Shown: positions 15,246 to 21,818 of the stretch, in pieces | Layout of the letters: every line of letters starts with the position of its first letter | How positions within the stretch are numbered: the first letter of the stretch is position 1 | The notes under the pieces: generated by a model | The model's input: the letters and a program-made list of their open reading frames with translations, nothing else | Databases searched by the model: none | Told to the model about the DNA's origin: nothing | Position numbers and translations under genes: made by a program | IMG/VR virus record: IMGVR_UViG_3300042894_000460 | Span: 1 to 35,425 of that record | Origin: a virus | Lineage: Duplodnaviria; Caudoviricetes | Strand: one strand, 5' to 3' | DNA length: 35,425 nt

Positions 15246-16294
15246 GCTGGTAACCTCTTGGCAATTTCGTATATCACGTTGACCGTTACGGCACGACCAC
15301 ATCGCTCGTACCTGTGTGTATCAGGAACTTCTGATCCGTCTGCAAACCAGCGCGTCCAATCATCAGGTAGCGACTGTAAACGCTCGCACTCTAATGGTGT
15401 GAATCTTCTGAGCTGTGACCCAACCATCAACCCGTGCCTGTCTTGAGCTGTAAGGGTGAATGCAGGTTCGTTGTGCTCCTTCATTCGGCGACCACGCTGG
15501 CGCTTCTTTTCTTTGGCTGGTGTCAGGACTGCCCGAACAGATCCATTTGGTTCGGTGGTGCTGTCTTCTCCTCCTGCTGTAGCGTCCTCAAGTTGTTCAA
15601 CTTGTCCTCGTACTTGTCCAGCAAGGTAGAAGTTGTTAGTGTCTCCCTTGTAAAGTCTGTGACAGAGTGTTCCGATAGTGAGACCACCTTCGCTCCGAAA
15701 CCGCGGTTCTTGATCTTGTTCACCTCGGTGTTGAACGCTATCTTCTGCATAACATCTTCCGAGAGGAAATACTTGGGGTCTGGGGTGTCCTCTAAGACTT
15801 GCGACAATAAAGACTCGTTCCCGATTCTGTGGGACTCCGAAATTCTTGCTGTTAAGACACTCCCATTGGACGTCATACCCCAGTTCATCCAGACTTGCGA
15901 TGATAATTCCAAAGGTTCGTCCTCCGTCGTGATTGAGGAGTCCCTTAACATTCTCAAGGAATAGATATGGGATTCGCTTACCAGAGGCAATGCGACAGAT
16001 CTCAAAAAAGAGAGTACCGCGTGTATCCTCTGTCCCGAATCCTGTTCGTCTACCAGCAACGCTGAAAGTTGCGCATGGAAATCCTCCAACGAGTAGGTCG
16101 GCGCTGGGGATTTCATCAATGTGAACTCCTCGTATGTCTCGTCCGTCGGGTTTGTGTTTGAAGTTGTGCTCATAGATGCTTGCCGCTTTAGGTATAAATT
16201 CGTTAGCCCACACGCACTCGTGACCCGCCTTTTCTAATCCAAGGCGGAACCCACCAATGCCTGCAAATAATTCAATGAATTTCATATTGATCAT
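15242..16294 (-). CDS. C5-cytosine DNA methyltransferase-fold enzyme; predicted carboxymethyltransferase
   Basis: Motif I FAGIGG, IV GGFPCATFSVAG, VI ENVKGL, VIII PQNRERVF, IX RRFTPLECERLQ, X YERCGRAVTV. Confidence 0.9.
   Translation of the reverse strand: MINMKFIELFAGIGGFRLGLEKAGHECVWANEFIPKAASIYEHNFKHKPDGRDIRGVHIDEIPSADLLVGGFPCATFSVAGRRTGFGTEDTRGTLFFEICRIASGKRIPYLFLENVKGLLNHDGGRTFGIIIASLDELGYDVQWECLNSKNFGVPQNRERVFIVASLRGHPRPQVFPLGRCYAEDSVQHRGEQDQEPRFRSEGGLTIGTLCHRLYKGDTNNFYLAGQVRGQVEQLEDATAGGEDSTTEPNGSVRAVLTPAKEKKRQRGRRMKEHNEPAFTLTAQDRHGLMVGSQLRRFTPLECERLQSLPDDWTRWFADGSEVPDTHRYERCGRAVTVNVIYEIAKRLPA
15523..16173 (-). CDS. Alternative-frame protein nested in the MTase gene (M.EcoHK31I beta-like subunit); true start uncertain
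   Basis: 216-codon same-strand shifted frame containing WGMTSNGSVLT...SLLSQVLEDTPDPKYFLSE and ending QMDLFGQS. Confidence 0.6.
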   Translation of the reverse strand: MSTTSNTNPTDETYEEFTLMKSPAPTYSLEDFHAQLSALLVDEQDSGQRIHAVLSFLRSVALPLVSESHIYSLRMLRDSSITTEDEPLELSSQVWMNWGMTSNGSVLTARISESHRIGNESLLSQVLEDTPDPKYFLSEDVMQKIAFNTEVNKIKNRGFGAKVVSLSEHSVTDFTRETLTTSTLLDKYEDKLNNLRTLQQEEKTAPPNQMDLFGQS

Positions 16295-16589
16295 TCACAA
16301 CAGACGCAATGACTTTTTTAGCATCTGCAAAGTAATCAGTGTATGAAGGCATTTTCTGTGCAATCAACACACCAATGTCAGAAGTTCTGACTGGCTCAAA
16401 CTTCCAGATCTGCGAGGGGGTGCCACGCTTCTTTTCGCTTTGCCCCCACCCTTCTTTGGTGACACGCAGGAAGCCGACGGTCTTGCCATCAACTTGCACC
16501 CTGCGCTGGTTCCCGCCGGGGAACTGCCCCTTGTCCCCTATGGTGTGATCCGTGTCAAACCAATAGGCTTGGTATTGAATTTTTCTCAT
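16272..16589 (-). CDS. Hypothetical protein
   Basis: 105 aa; overlaps the MTase start. Confidence 0.6.
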   Translation of the reverse strand: MRKIQYQAYWFDTDHTIGDKGQFPGGNQRRVQVDGKTVGFLRVTKEGWGQSEKKRGTPSQIWKFEPVRTSDIGVLIAQKMPSYTDYFADAKKVIASVVNDQYEIH

Positions 16590-16603
16590 GATGCTGTCTT
16601 CAC

Positions 16604-16807
16604 TTAAATAAAATAGTTGCCGTTTTTGATTGACTCGTAGATGTCAAGCACAGAGCTGTACTCACCATACGCAACCACTCGATCAAAGTCAGTCTTGTCT
16701 TTGATTTGGTTAGTGCCGTTGTCAGGCACAAAACCCCAAATAGATTCCATGTGTGCAATTTTTTCTTGCAACTGAAGGAGTAAGTTTTGTTTGCTGAAGC
16801 GTGTCAT
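16604..16807 (-). CDS. Hypothetical protein
   Basis: AGGAG RBS, 67 aa. Confidence 0.65.
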   Translation of the reverse strand: MTRFSKQNLLLQLQEKIAHMESIWGFVPDNGTNQIKDKTDFDRVVAYGEYSSVLDIYESIKNGNYFI

Positions 16808-16817
16808 GGTGCTCTCC

Positions 16818-17132
16818 TTACTTGACTGGTGTTACGCGAATGTCACCACGGCTTTCCTTGCGGAAAGTGTTCAACACGTCGTCAGTGATACCGTAGGAGA
16901 CGCAGAGCTTTTTGTAGTCAACAGTGCCAGAGACTGGAACCAGCTTGACTGTCACGCTGTGGAGTTCGCCTTTGTGCTCGCCTTCGCCGTACTTGTTGGC
17001 GATGGAATCTTTGAGAGCTTTGATTTGCTCAGCCAATGCTTTGGCTTGTTGGTCGAGCACGTAGAGTGAGTCAATGTCAGAAGTGATTGTGGAGATCAGA
17101 GCTTCTGTTTGGATCAATGTTGCTGTAGTCAT
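16818..17132 (-). CDS. Hypothetical early protein (coiled coil + VDYKKL)
   Basis: First gene after promoter copy 3. Confidence 0.7.
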   Translation of the reverse strand: MTTATLIQTEALISTITSDIDSLYVLDQQAKALAEQIKALKDSIANKYGEGEHKGELHSVTVKLVPVSGTVDYKKLCVSYGITDDVLNTFRKESRGDIRVTPVK

Positions 17133-17240
17133 GATGTTTGTCTTTCAGGTAACCTGCTTATTGCAGTGATTGGGATCTTAACATGAAGTTAAAACGGTTT
17201 AGAAGTCTTTTTATAAATATTTTTATTAGGACAAACCCTA
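17133..17240 (-). promoter_or_regulatory. Repeated promoter element, copy 3
   Basis: TAGGGTTTGTCCTA (17227-17240), AT-rich tract, TTTTAACTTCATGTTAAGAT (17175-17194), hairpin CTGC-AATAA-GCAG. Confidence 0.7.
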
Positions 17241-17510
17241 ACGCTTAATCAACAGCTCCATCACCCTCTGCACGGTGATGTTCAGGGCATCGATCTCCTC
17301 CATCTTGGCTATCGCCCACGCCCTGCGCTCGCCGTGCCAGCCCATCTTGGAGCCTTGGTGGCAGGACTTACACAGAGCTATGACGGTGTACTGCCTATGC
17401 TGTTTGACGTGGTGGGCGTCGCTGGGCCCCTCTTGGTCGCACACAGAGCAAGGGAGCTCCTTTACCAGCCCGACATAAGCTTTTTCTTTGGCGGTCAGAG
17501 TGTTGTTCAC
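17238..17510 (-). CDS. Small Zn-binding HNH-like protein (Ref/DUF968-like)
   Basis: LPCSVC...DAHH...IALCKSCHQG; GTG start at 17510 overlaps the upstream stop (GTGA). Confidence 0.7.
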   Translation of the reverse strand: MNNTLTAKEKAYVGLVKELPCSVCDQEGPSDAHHVKQHRQYTVIALCKSCHQGSKMGWHGERRAWAIAKMEEIDALNITVQRVMELLIKR

Positions 17511-17857
17511 AGGGTAGCCTTCTCGACGTGGCGGTTGGAAGCCTCCATAGAGCGCCACACAGCGATTCTTTCTTGGCAGGCTATGAGGAGCCACCTGAGT
17601 CGTTCGCGCTCCTGTACGGCTTGTCTAAGGGCTTCTAGGTGCTCTTTGTAGCGTGGGGAGGCGTAGGCTTCGCGTTCCTGCATAGCGGCGGTCTTGTACT
17701 CGCCGTTGCCAAAAATTTCTGCGTTCTTCATCTCTTCGGCTTTGATGGTCTTGCGTAGCTCCTCCATGTACACCTTTGTTGCCTCTGCCTCGGCGTACTT
17801 GGCTGAGTTGGAGATCATGAAGTCCACGGCTTCGTTTGGGTCAATAAGCTTGCTCAT
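17507..17857 (-). CDS. Hypothetical helical protein
   Basis: QEREAYASPRY...IAVWRSMEASNR; GAGG RBS, ATGA overlap. Confidence 0.7.
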   Translation of the reverse strand: MSKLIDPNEAVDFMISNSAKYAEAEATKVYMEELRKTIKAEEMKNAEIFGNGEYKTAAMQEREAYASPRYKEHLEALRQAVQERERLRWLLIACQERIAVWRSMEASNRHVEKATL

Positions 17858-18213
17858 GTTTGTTCCTCGATTTCGATTAAAAGTTTCCCGGGTTTTGTTC
17901 CAAATTTTCTGTAAATCATGATGGGCTGAAACAGTTGGTCATTCACCATCAATGCGTCGGCTAAGCCGTCCAGCGCTCCCTTTGCCGCGGCTAAGCAATT
18001 GTCCGCGTCGCGCTTTCGTTTATCAGGCATCTCAAACGTCAGCGTAAGCCTCAGTTCTCCACCTGCATGTTTCCAGCCCTTGATTTGGTGTTTAGCCAGC
18101 CAAGTACTGCTGTCACGGTAGTCAGACCGTAGTTGGTAGAGCTTGCCCCAATGCGTACCCTTGGCACGATTAGGGAAGAGTTCCGCAGGTGGGAAGTCCA
18201 GCTCAATCCGCAC
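17854..18213 (-). CDS. rusA: RusA-family Holliday junction resolvase
   Basis: PDKRKRDADN...KGALDGLADALMVNDQ acidic triad; likely GTG start VRIELDFPP at 18213. Confidence 0.75.
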   Translation of the reverse strand: MRIELDFPPAELFPNRAKGTHWGKLYQLRSDYRDSSTWLAKHQIKGWKHAGGELRLTLTFEMPDKRKRDADNCLAAAKGALDGLADALMVNDQLFQPIMIYRKFGTKPGKLLIEIEEQT

Positions 18214-18451
18214 GGTGCATCCGCGTTCTGATTGCGTGTGCCAGCTCGTCAAAGCCTGCTTGTTGGGCAACCTGTGCGCAGGCTTCACGCTCGATGCCAA
18301 TCGCTTGCTTGGTGGTCTGTATCGCTACAGCCATGATCTCCGCCTTAGCCTGCGCCAGCCCCTCCTCAAATTCTTTTGCTGTGTACAAGGTTTGTCCTGT
18401 GCCCTGAGCAAAGAACTTCTTTTGAAAGTCACTGAGTTCTACTTTTGCCAT
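18203..18451 (-). CDS. Hypothetical protein (EREACA type)
   Basis: IEREACAQVA...AHAIRTR; AGGAG RBS. Confidence 0.65.
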   Translation of the reverse strand: MAKVELSDFQKKFFAQGTGQTLYTAKEFEEGLAQAKAEIMAVAIQTTKQAIGIEREACAQVAQQAGFDELAHAIRTRMHRAD

Positions 18452-18632
18452 TTTCTCGCTCCTTTTTCATTCGGTTTACTAGGTCATTCATAGCGTCGGT
18501 TCCACGACGCTTCTCAATGTCACTCTTTACTTTTTGCCACCATAATTGCGCGCTCCCTGAGCCTAGCTCGATAGCCTTCTTCTCGTACCGTTTCATCCAC
18601 TCTCGCGCTTCGCATTGTTTCATGTGTTCCAA
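18429..18632 (-). CDS. Hypothetical protein (CEAREW...IEKRRG type)
   Basis: AGGAG RBS just before TTG at 18632 (alternative ATG 18623). Confidence 0.6.
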   Translation of the reverse strand: MEHMKQCEAREWMKRYEKKAIELGSGSAQLWWQKVKSDIEKRRGTDAMNDLVNRMKKERENGKSRTQ

Positions 18633-18738
18633 GGTCTCCTGTGAGATAGAGACATTCGATGGCGCAAGCCTCGGTATAGGCATCACCAAACCCACTGCGG
18701 ATTTCGTCGAGGATTTTTTGGGCTTCATGCTTGGTCAT
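18520..18738 (-). CDS. Hypothetical protein (LxLTGDL type); overlaps the next gene
   Basis: ATGA-coupled to the upstream gene; AAGGA immediately upstream. Confidence 0.5.
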   Translation of the reverse strand: MTKHEAQKILDEIRSGFGDAYTEACAIECLYLTGDLGTHETMRSARVDETVREEGYRARLRERAIMVAKSKE

Positions 18739-19514
18739 CCTTGTCCTTTAAGTTCACGGTCAGCCACGTAGTCATGCACGATAAGCCCGTTCTCAATGCT
18801 ACCTACCCACATCTCAGGTATCCAAACAAAACTACCATCTCTTTTCTTTCTTAGGTGCGCTCTACGCTTATGCCTAGCAGGGCTGGCATGGGTGCCACCT
18901 TTATGGGGCTGTTTAACTTGTGCGCTAGGTTTAAGTTCTATGGTGTTCCATGAGTACAACAATGGCTGGTGCTTGGCTTTACGCTTGCGATTGATGAAGT
19001 CCAGCCCTTTGGCGTTGTGGGCAATCAGAACCTCTTCAGTTGTATGCGCTCTCATGTTCAACAAACAAGTAACATTCAAAGCCGCAAGACACGCATCGTT
19101 AAATGTTCTGGAAACCGTCTCCAATGATTTGTTTTCATAAAGTTTTTTTTGAAGTCTTGTTAAATGTTGAACTGTTTTGCTGTCTAAAACATCTGTGATA
19201 AAACCAAGCGGTACTTCTTCTAAGTTTAAAGCCCAAAGGCAAAGCACAGCCCCCTCGTAATCGTCCACCTTGCCATGTTTTTCGTAAGTTACAACTGTGT
19301 TTTTAAGCTTAGGATGAATTATTGCCATCTTCTCGGACGGTGGCATGTAGTCTGAAATTCTGTACTTGCTTTCTTGATGATCTGGGACGTTTTTACCAGC
19401 CCAATCCATCAATTCTTTTTCACCAAACTCACTGATGTTTGATAAGTCAAACCAAGTGAAATCAGCAACATCAAACCCAACCTTTGATGCCATGTCAGCT
19501 ACTTTTGGATTCAT
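18735..19514 (-). CDS. Hypothetical protein with C-terminal GTHASPxxHxRRxHxR motif
   Basis: 259 aa; visibly AT-richer than its neighbours; ATGA overlaps at both ends. Confidence 0.75.
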   Translation of the reverse strand: MNPKVADMASKVGFDVADFTWFDLSNISEFGEKELMDWAGKNVPDHQESKYRISDYMPPSEKMAIIHPKLKNTVVTYEKHGKVDDYEGAVLCLWALNLEEVPLGFITDVLDSKTVQHLTRLQKKLYENKSLETVSRTFNDACLAALNVTCLLNMRAHTTEEVLIAHNAKGLDFINRKRKAKHQPLLYSWNTIELKPSAQVKQPHKGGTHASPARHKRRAHLRKKRDGSFVWIPEMWVGSIENGLIVHDYVADRELKGQG

Positions 19515-19933
19515 GATTTCCTCTTTGCCAAGCCTGCACGGATAGCCAGCTCATTGCGCAAGCGGTACTCGTACTTTGTTTTGCGGATCTTCTCGTGCTC
19601 GTTTGGTTGGAGCTCAGGTTCATTGTCAAACAGGGCGGCAAACTCTTGCCACTTGGGTGGGTAACCATTGACGCTGGCGCCCCAAGAGATCATGTCGATC
19701 TTCATGACTTCGTTGATCGCAACACGAACGGCTTCTGCGTCACGCAAAGCTTCTGTGACGCGAGGCCACGTGTCCGAGGTAGCCTGATGGTGGTAGGCAC
19801 AGACCCAGTTGCCACCAGTGGAGATCCCACCAGCCATGGGGCAACCATTGGCAAAGCAGTTGTGGCTGACAGGTTGGTCTTCAAACCCTGTTGTTTTTTC
19901 AGCGTAACGCTGTTTGGCTGATGCGTAACTCAT
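19511..19933 (-). CDS. Hypothetical protein with Cys/His cluster (possible replication accessory)
   Basis: CFANGCP...WVCAYH; directly downstream of the initiator. Confidence 0.7.
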   Translation of the reverse strand: MSYASAKQRYAEKTTGFEDQPVSHNCFANGCPMAGGISTGGNWVCAYHHQATSDTWPRVTEALRDAEAVRVAINEVMKIDMISWGASVNGYPPKWQEFAALFDNEPELQPNEHEKIRKTKYEYRLRNELAIRAGLAKRKS

Positions 19934-20676
19934 TTTTGCTCCTTGTGGTATGTGCCTTCAATGACTCGGGGAAACTTGCTTGGGTTGAACAGGAAGTCCA
20001 TGTCAGCCTTCCAGTCCTTTGATTTGCCTGTCAGGAACTTCGAAGTCTTGACCATCTCGAAGTACCAGCGGAAGAAGTCCAGCCCACCTTGCCTGTCAAG
20101 CTTGTCAGCAGTGACAACCTCACGCCATCTGGCGGCTATAGCCCTCTTGCGAGAATCGTTGACAACAACAGTCTGTGGCAACTCAGGAAGGATGCTGTTG
20201 TACAACTCTACAATTTCCTGAATCGGTGCAGAGGGCACTGACTTCGGCTTGCCGAGGTCAGGAGTAGCGTTAGCTACTTTAGATTGGTTATTGGTTAATA
20301 GTTCTTGGTTATTAGTTGCCTTAGCGCTGGGTTCCGAGTCGGATCCCACTGGGCTACCCACTGGGTTCTTTCTACGACCACCCAATTTGCCATTAGCCCT
20401 GTTTTTCTCTGCCATGGCGTGATAGTGCTCAATAACTTCTTGGCAACGAGAATGAAACCATCCGTCATCATGTTTGACAAACATGTCAGACAGAACTGCG
20501 TTAACCGTCTTGGTATCGACTCGCAAACGTCTGGCAACCCACTGGGTATCCAATGGGATCTTTTGTTCGGTGTCGTAGTACATGTCGAGAAGCCTGCGAT
20601 AAGCAAGATCCTCGTCGTTTGAAAGATGAGCTGTGGCGGCTCTATAGTCGCCGATGCTGAATTGATAGTAGTGCAT
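19930..20676 (-). CDS. DUF1376/YdaU-family replication initiator
   Basis: MHYYQFSIGDY...TAHLS...AYRRLLDMYY..E N-terminus; NGKLGGR; C-terminal FLTG..DWKADMDFL....F.RVIEGTY. Confidence 0.85.
   Translation of the reverse strand: MHYYQFSIGDYRAATAHLSNDEDLAYRRLLDMYYDTEQKIPLDTQWVARRLRVDTKTVNAVLSDMFVKHDDGWFHSRCQEVIEHYHAMAEKNRANGKLGGRRKNPVGSPVGSDSEPSAKATNNQELLTNNQSKVANATPDLGKPKSVPSAPIQEIVELYNSILPELPQTVVVNDSRKRAIAARWREVVTADKLDRQGGLDFFRWYFEMVKTSKFLTGKSKDWKADMDFLFNPSKFPRVIEGTYHKEQK
20284..20365. repeat. Candidate replication origin inside the initiator gene
   Basis: 7-nt-period TTRGTTA repeats (20284-20317) next to CCCACTGGG x2 (20345-20353, 20357-20365); another copy at 20538-20546. Confidence 0.5.
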
Positions 20677-20692
20677 ACCGATCCCAATAACA

Positions 20693-20767
20693 CATCCCAA
20701 AAAGAAACAGCGGCAGGCGGGGATGGAACGCTTTTCGGAACGGGTAATTAGTCCGTCCTAGCCGTGC
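20693..20767 (-). ncRNA. Candidate structured cis-RNA upstream of the replication initiator
   Basis: Hand fold: CGGCUAG/CUGCCG closing stem, GACGG/CCGUU and GCG/CGC hairpins; loop CAUCCC complementary to downstream GGGAUG. Confidence 0.4.
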
Positions 20768-20775
20768 TTCAAACT

Positions 20776-20982
20776 TTACACGAAAAACAAATCTGGACGC
20801 AAGTCTTTTCTTGTGACTAAACCTTGTGTTGCTTTTTCAATCTTAACCGCCAACGCGGCTGATGCTGTTCTGCGCTCGTGGATCAACAGAGACATCCATG
20901 TCAGGCTAATGCCCAGATACTCTGCCATCTCACCTCTTGCGCCCAACGGCTCCGTCGAAAAGTACTCTTGCAATGTCATCAT
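20776..20982 (-). CDS. Cro/YdaS-like HTH regulator
   Basis: EMAEYLGISLTWMSLL...AALAVKIEKATQGLVTRKDLRPDLF; first gene of the leftward operon. Confidence 0.8.
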   Translation of the reverse strand: MMTLQEYFSTEPLGARGEMAEYLGISLTWMSLLIHERRTASAALAVKIEKATQGLVTRKDLRPDLFFV

Positions 20983-21062
20983 TGTTCTTCTTGGCGGCAA
21001 GTATACATTAACTTTAAATTAAAGATACCCCTACGTTTCACTCGGGAATGTATTGTGTTGCT

Positions 21063-21117
21063 TTTTAATTCGGTGTTAAGATTCGTGTACGCCGATACGG
21101 CGGTTAAGGAGAATCAA
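21063..21117 (+). promoter_or_regulatory. Repeated promoter element, copy 4 (rightward)
   Basis: TTTTAATTCGGTGTTAAGAT (21063-21082), hairpin CGCC-GATAC-GGCG, AAGGAG RBS. Confidence 0.7.
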
Positions 21118-21336
21118 TTGGAAAAACAACTTCCCTACACGACCAAGTCTGGTCTTCAAATTGGGTGCAACTACACCCCTCCCCAACGCAATTACATGAG
21201 TGCTGATGCAGAGCTTCTGCAAAGTGCACTGCTTGGCATCGAGCCTGAGTTCTCTCAGCGCCGTATTGCTGGCTGGATTGCCTATACCCTCTTCCTGATT
21301 GCGCTGTACGCAATGCTGATCGTGTGGGAGATCTGA
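21118..21336 (+). CDS. Small protein with C-terminal TM helix (YTTKSGLQIG type)
   Basis: TTG start after AAGGAG; the longer ORF-track start is unlikely. Confidence 0.7.
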   Translation: MEKQLPYTTKSGLQIGCNYTPPQRNYMSADAELLQSALLGIEPEFSQRRIAGWIAYTLFLIALYAMLIVWEI

Positions 21337-21337
21337 C

Positions 21338-21436
21338 ATGAACGACGACGAATTTAAGGCTATGCGCCTGAACGTGATCTTGTTCTTCATCGGGGCTTTG
21401 ATCCTTGCCCTTGACCTTTTTATCTGGAGACCCTAA
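21338..21436 (+). CDS. 32-aa membrane peptide ending DLFIWRP
   Basis: MNDDEFKAMRLNVILFFIGALILALDLFIWRP*; GGAG upstream, TAATG coupling. Confidence 0.65.
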   Translation: MNDDEFKAMRLNVILFFIGALILALDLFIWRP

Positions 21437-21645
21437 TGAATTTACAAGACGTGCTTTGGCTTGACACCAGCAAAGGTCGCATCGGCATCCTGATGGTGCT
21501 TGATTGGCACACAGAACAGCTTCACTACTACCTTGGCGTTGCTGATGGCATGAACACCAACATTGACATCAACCACATCTACAACGGAGGCGTAAAGCTT
21601 CCTGACAACGTAGGCATGGCTTTCTTCTTTGGAGGCTCAGAGTGA
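21436..21645 (+). CDS. Hypothetical protein
   Basis: 69 aa; GGAG RBS. Confidence 0.65.
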   Translation: MNLQDVLWLDTSKGRIGILMVLDWHTEQLHYYLGVADGMNTNIDINHIYNGGVKLPDNVGMAFFFGGSE

Positions 21646-21653
21646 GGATCACC

Positions 21654-21818
21654 ATGGCAACAAATCAGGAATACGAACAATGGAAAAACGACCCTGTTGC
21701 ACAGCAGGAATACACACAATATTTACTTGAGGAAGCAACCAAAACAGCACCAAATTTAGACCAATTTATTGACAACTTTACAAAACAATTTGACCAAATA
21801 TTTAAGGAAAAAACATGA
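21654..21818 (+). CDS. Small hypothetical protein (54 aa), not in the ORF track
   Basis: MATNQEYEQWKNDPVAQQEY...FKEKT*; GAGG RBS, ATGA overlap. Confidence 0.6.
   Translation: MATNQEYEQWKNDPVAQQEYTQYLLEEATKTAPNLDQFIDNFTKQFDQIFKEKT

Noticed and set aside
20776-20982. YdaS/YdaT toxin-antitoxin pair
   Set aside because: Position and sequence fit Cro, and no YdaT/CII-like partner follows
20878-21117. Long N-terminal extensions in the ORF track (here and at 13113, 15302, 17594, 18300, 23867)
   Set aside because: They overlap neighbouring genes or promoters; downstream starts have an RBS or stop-start coupling
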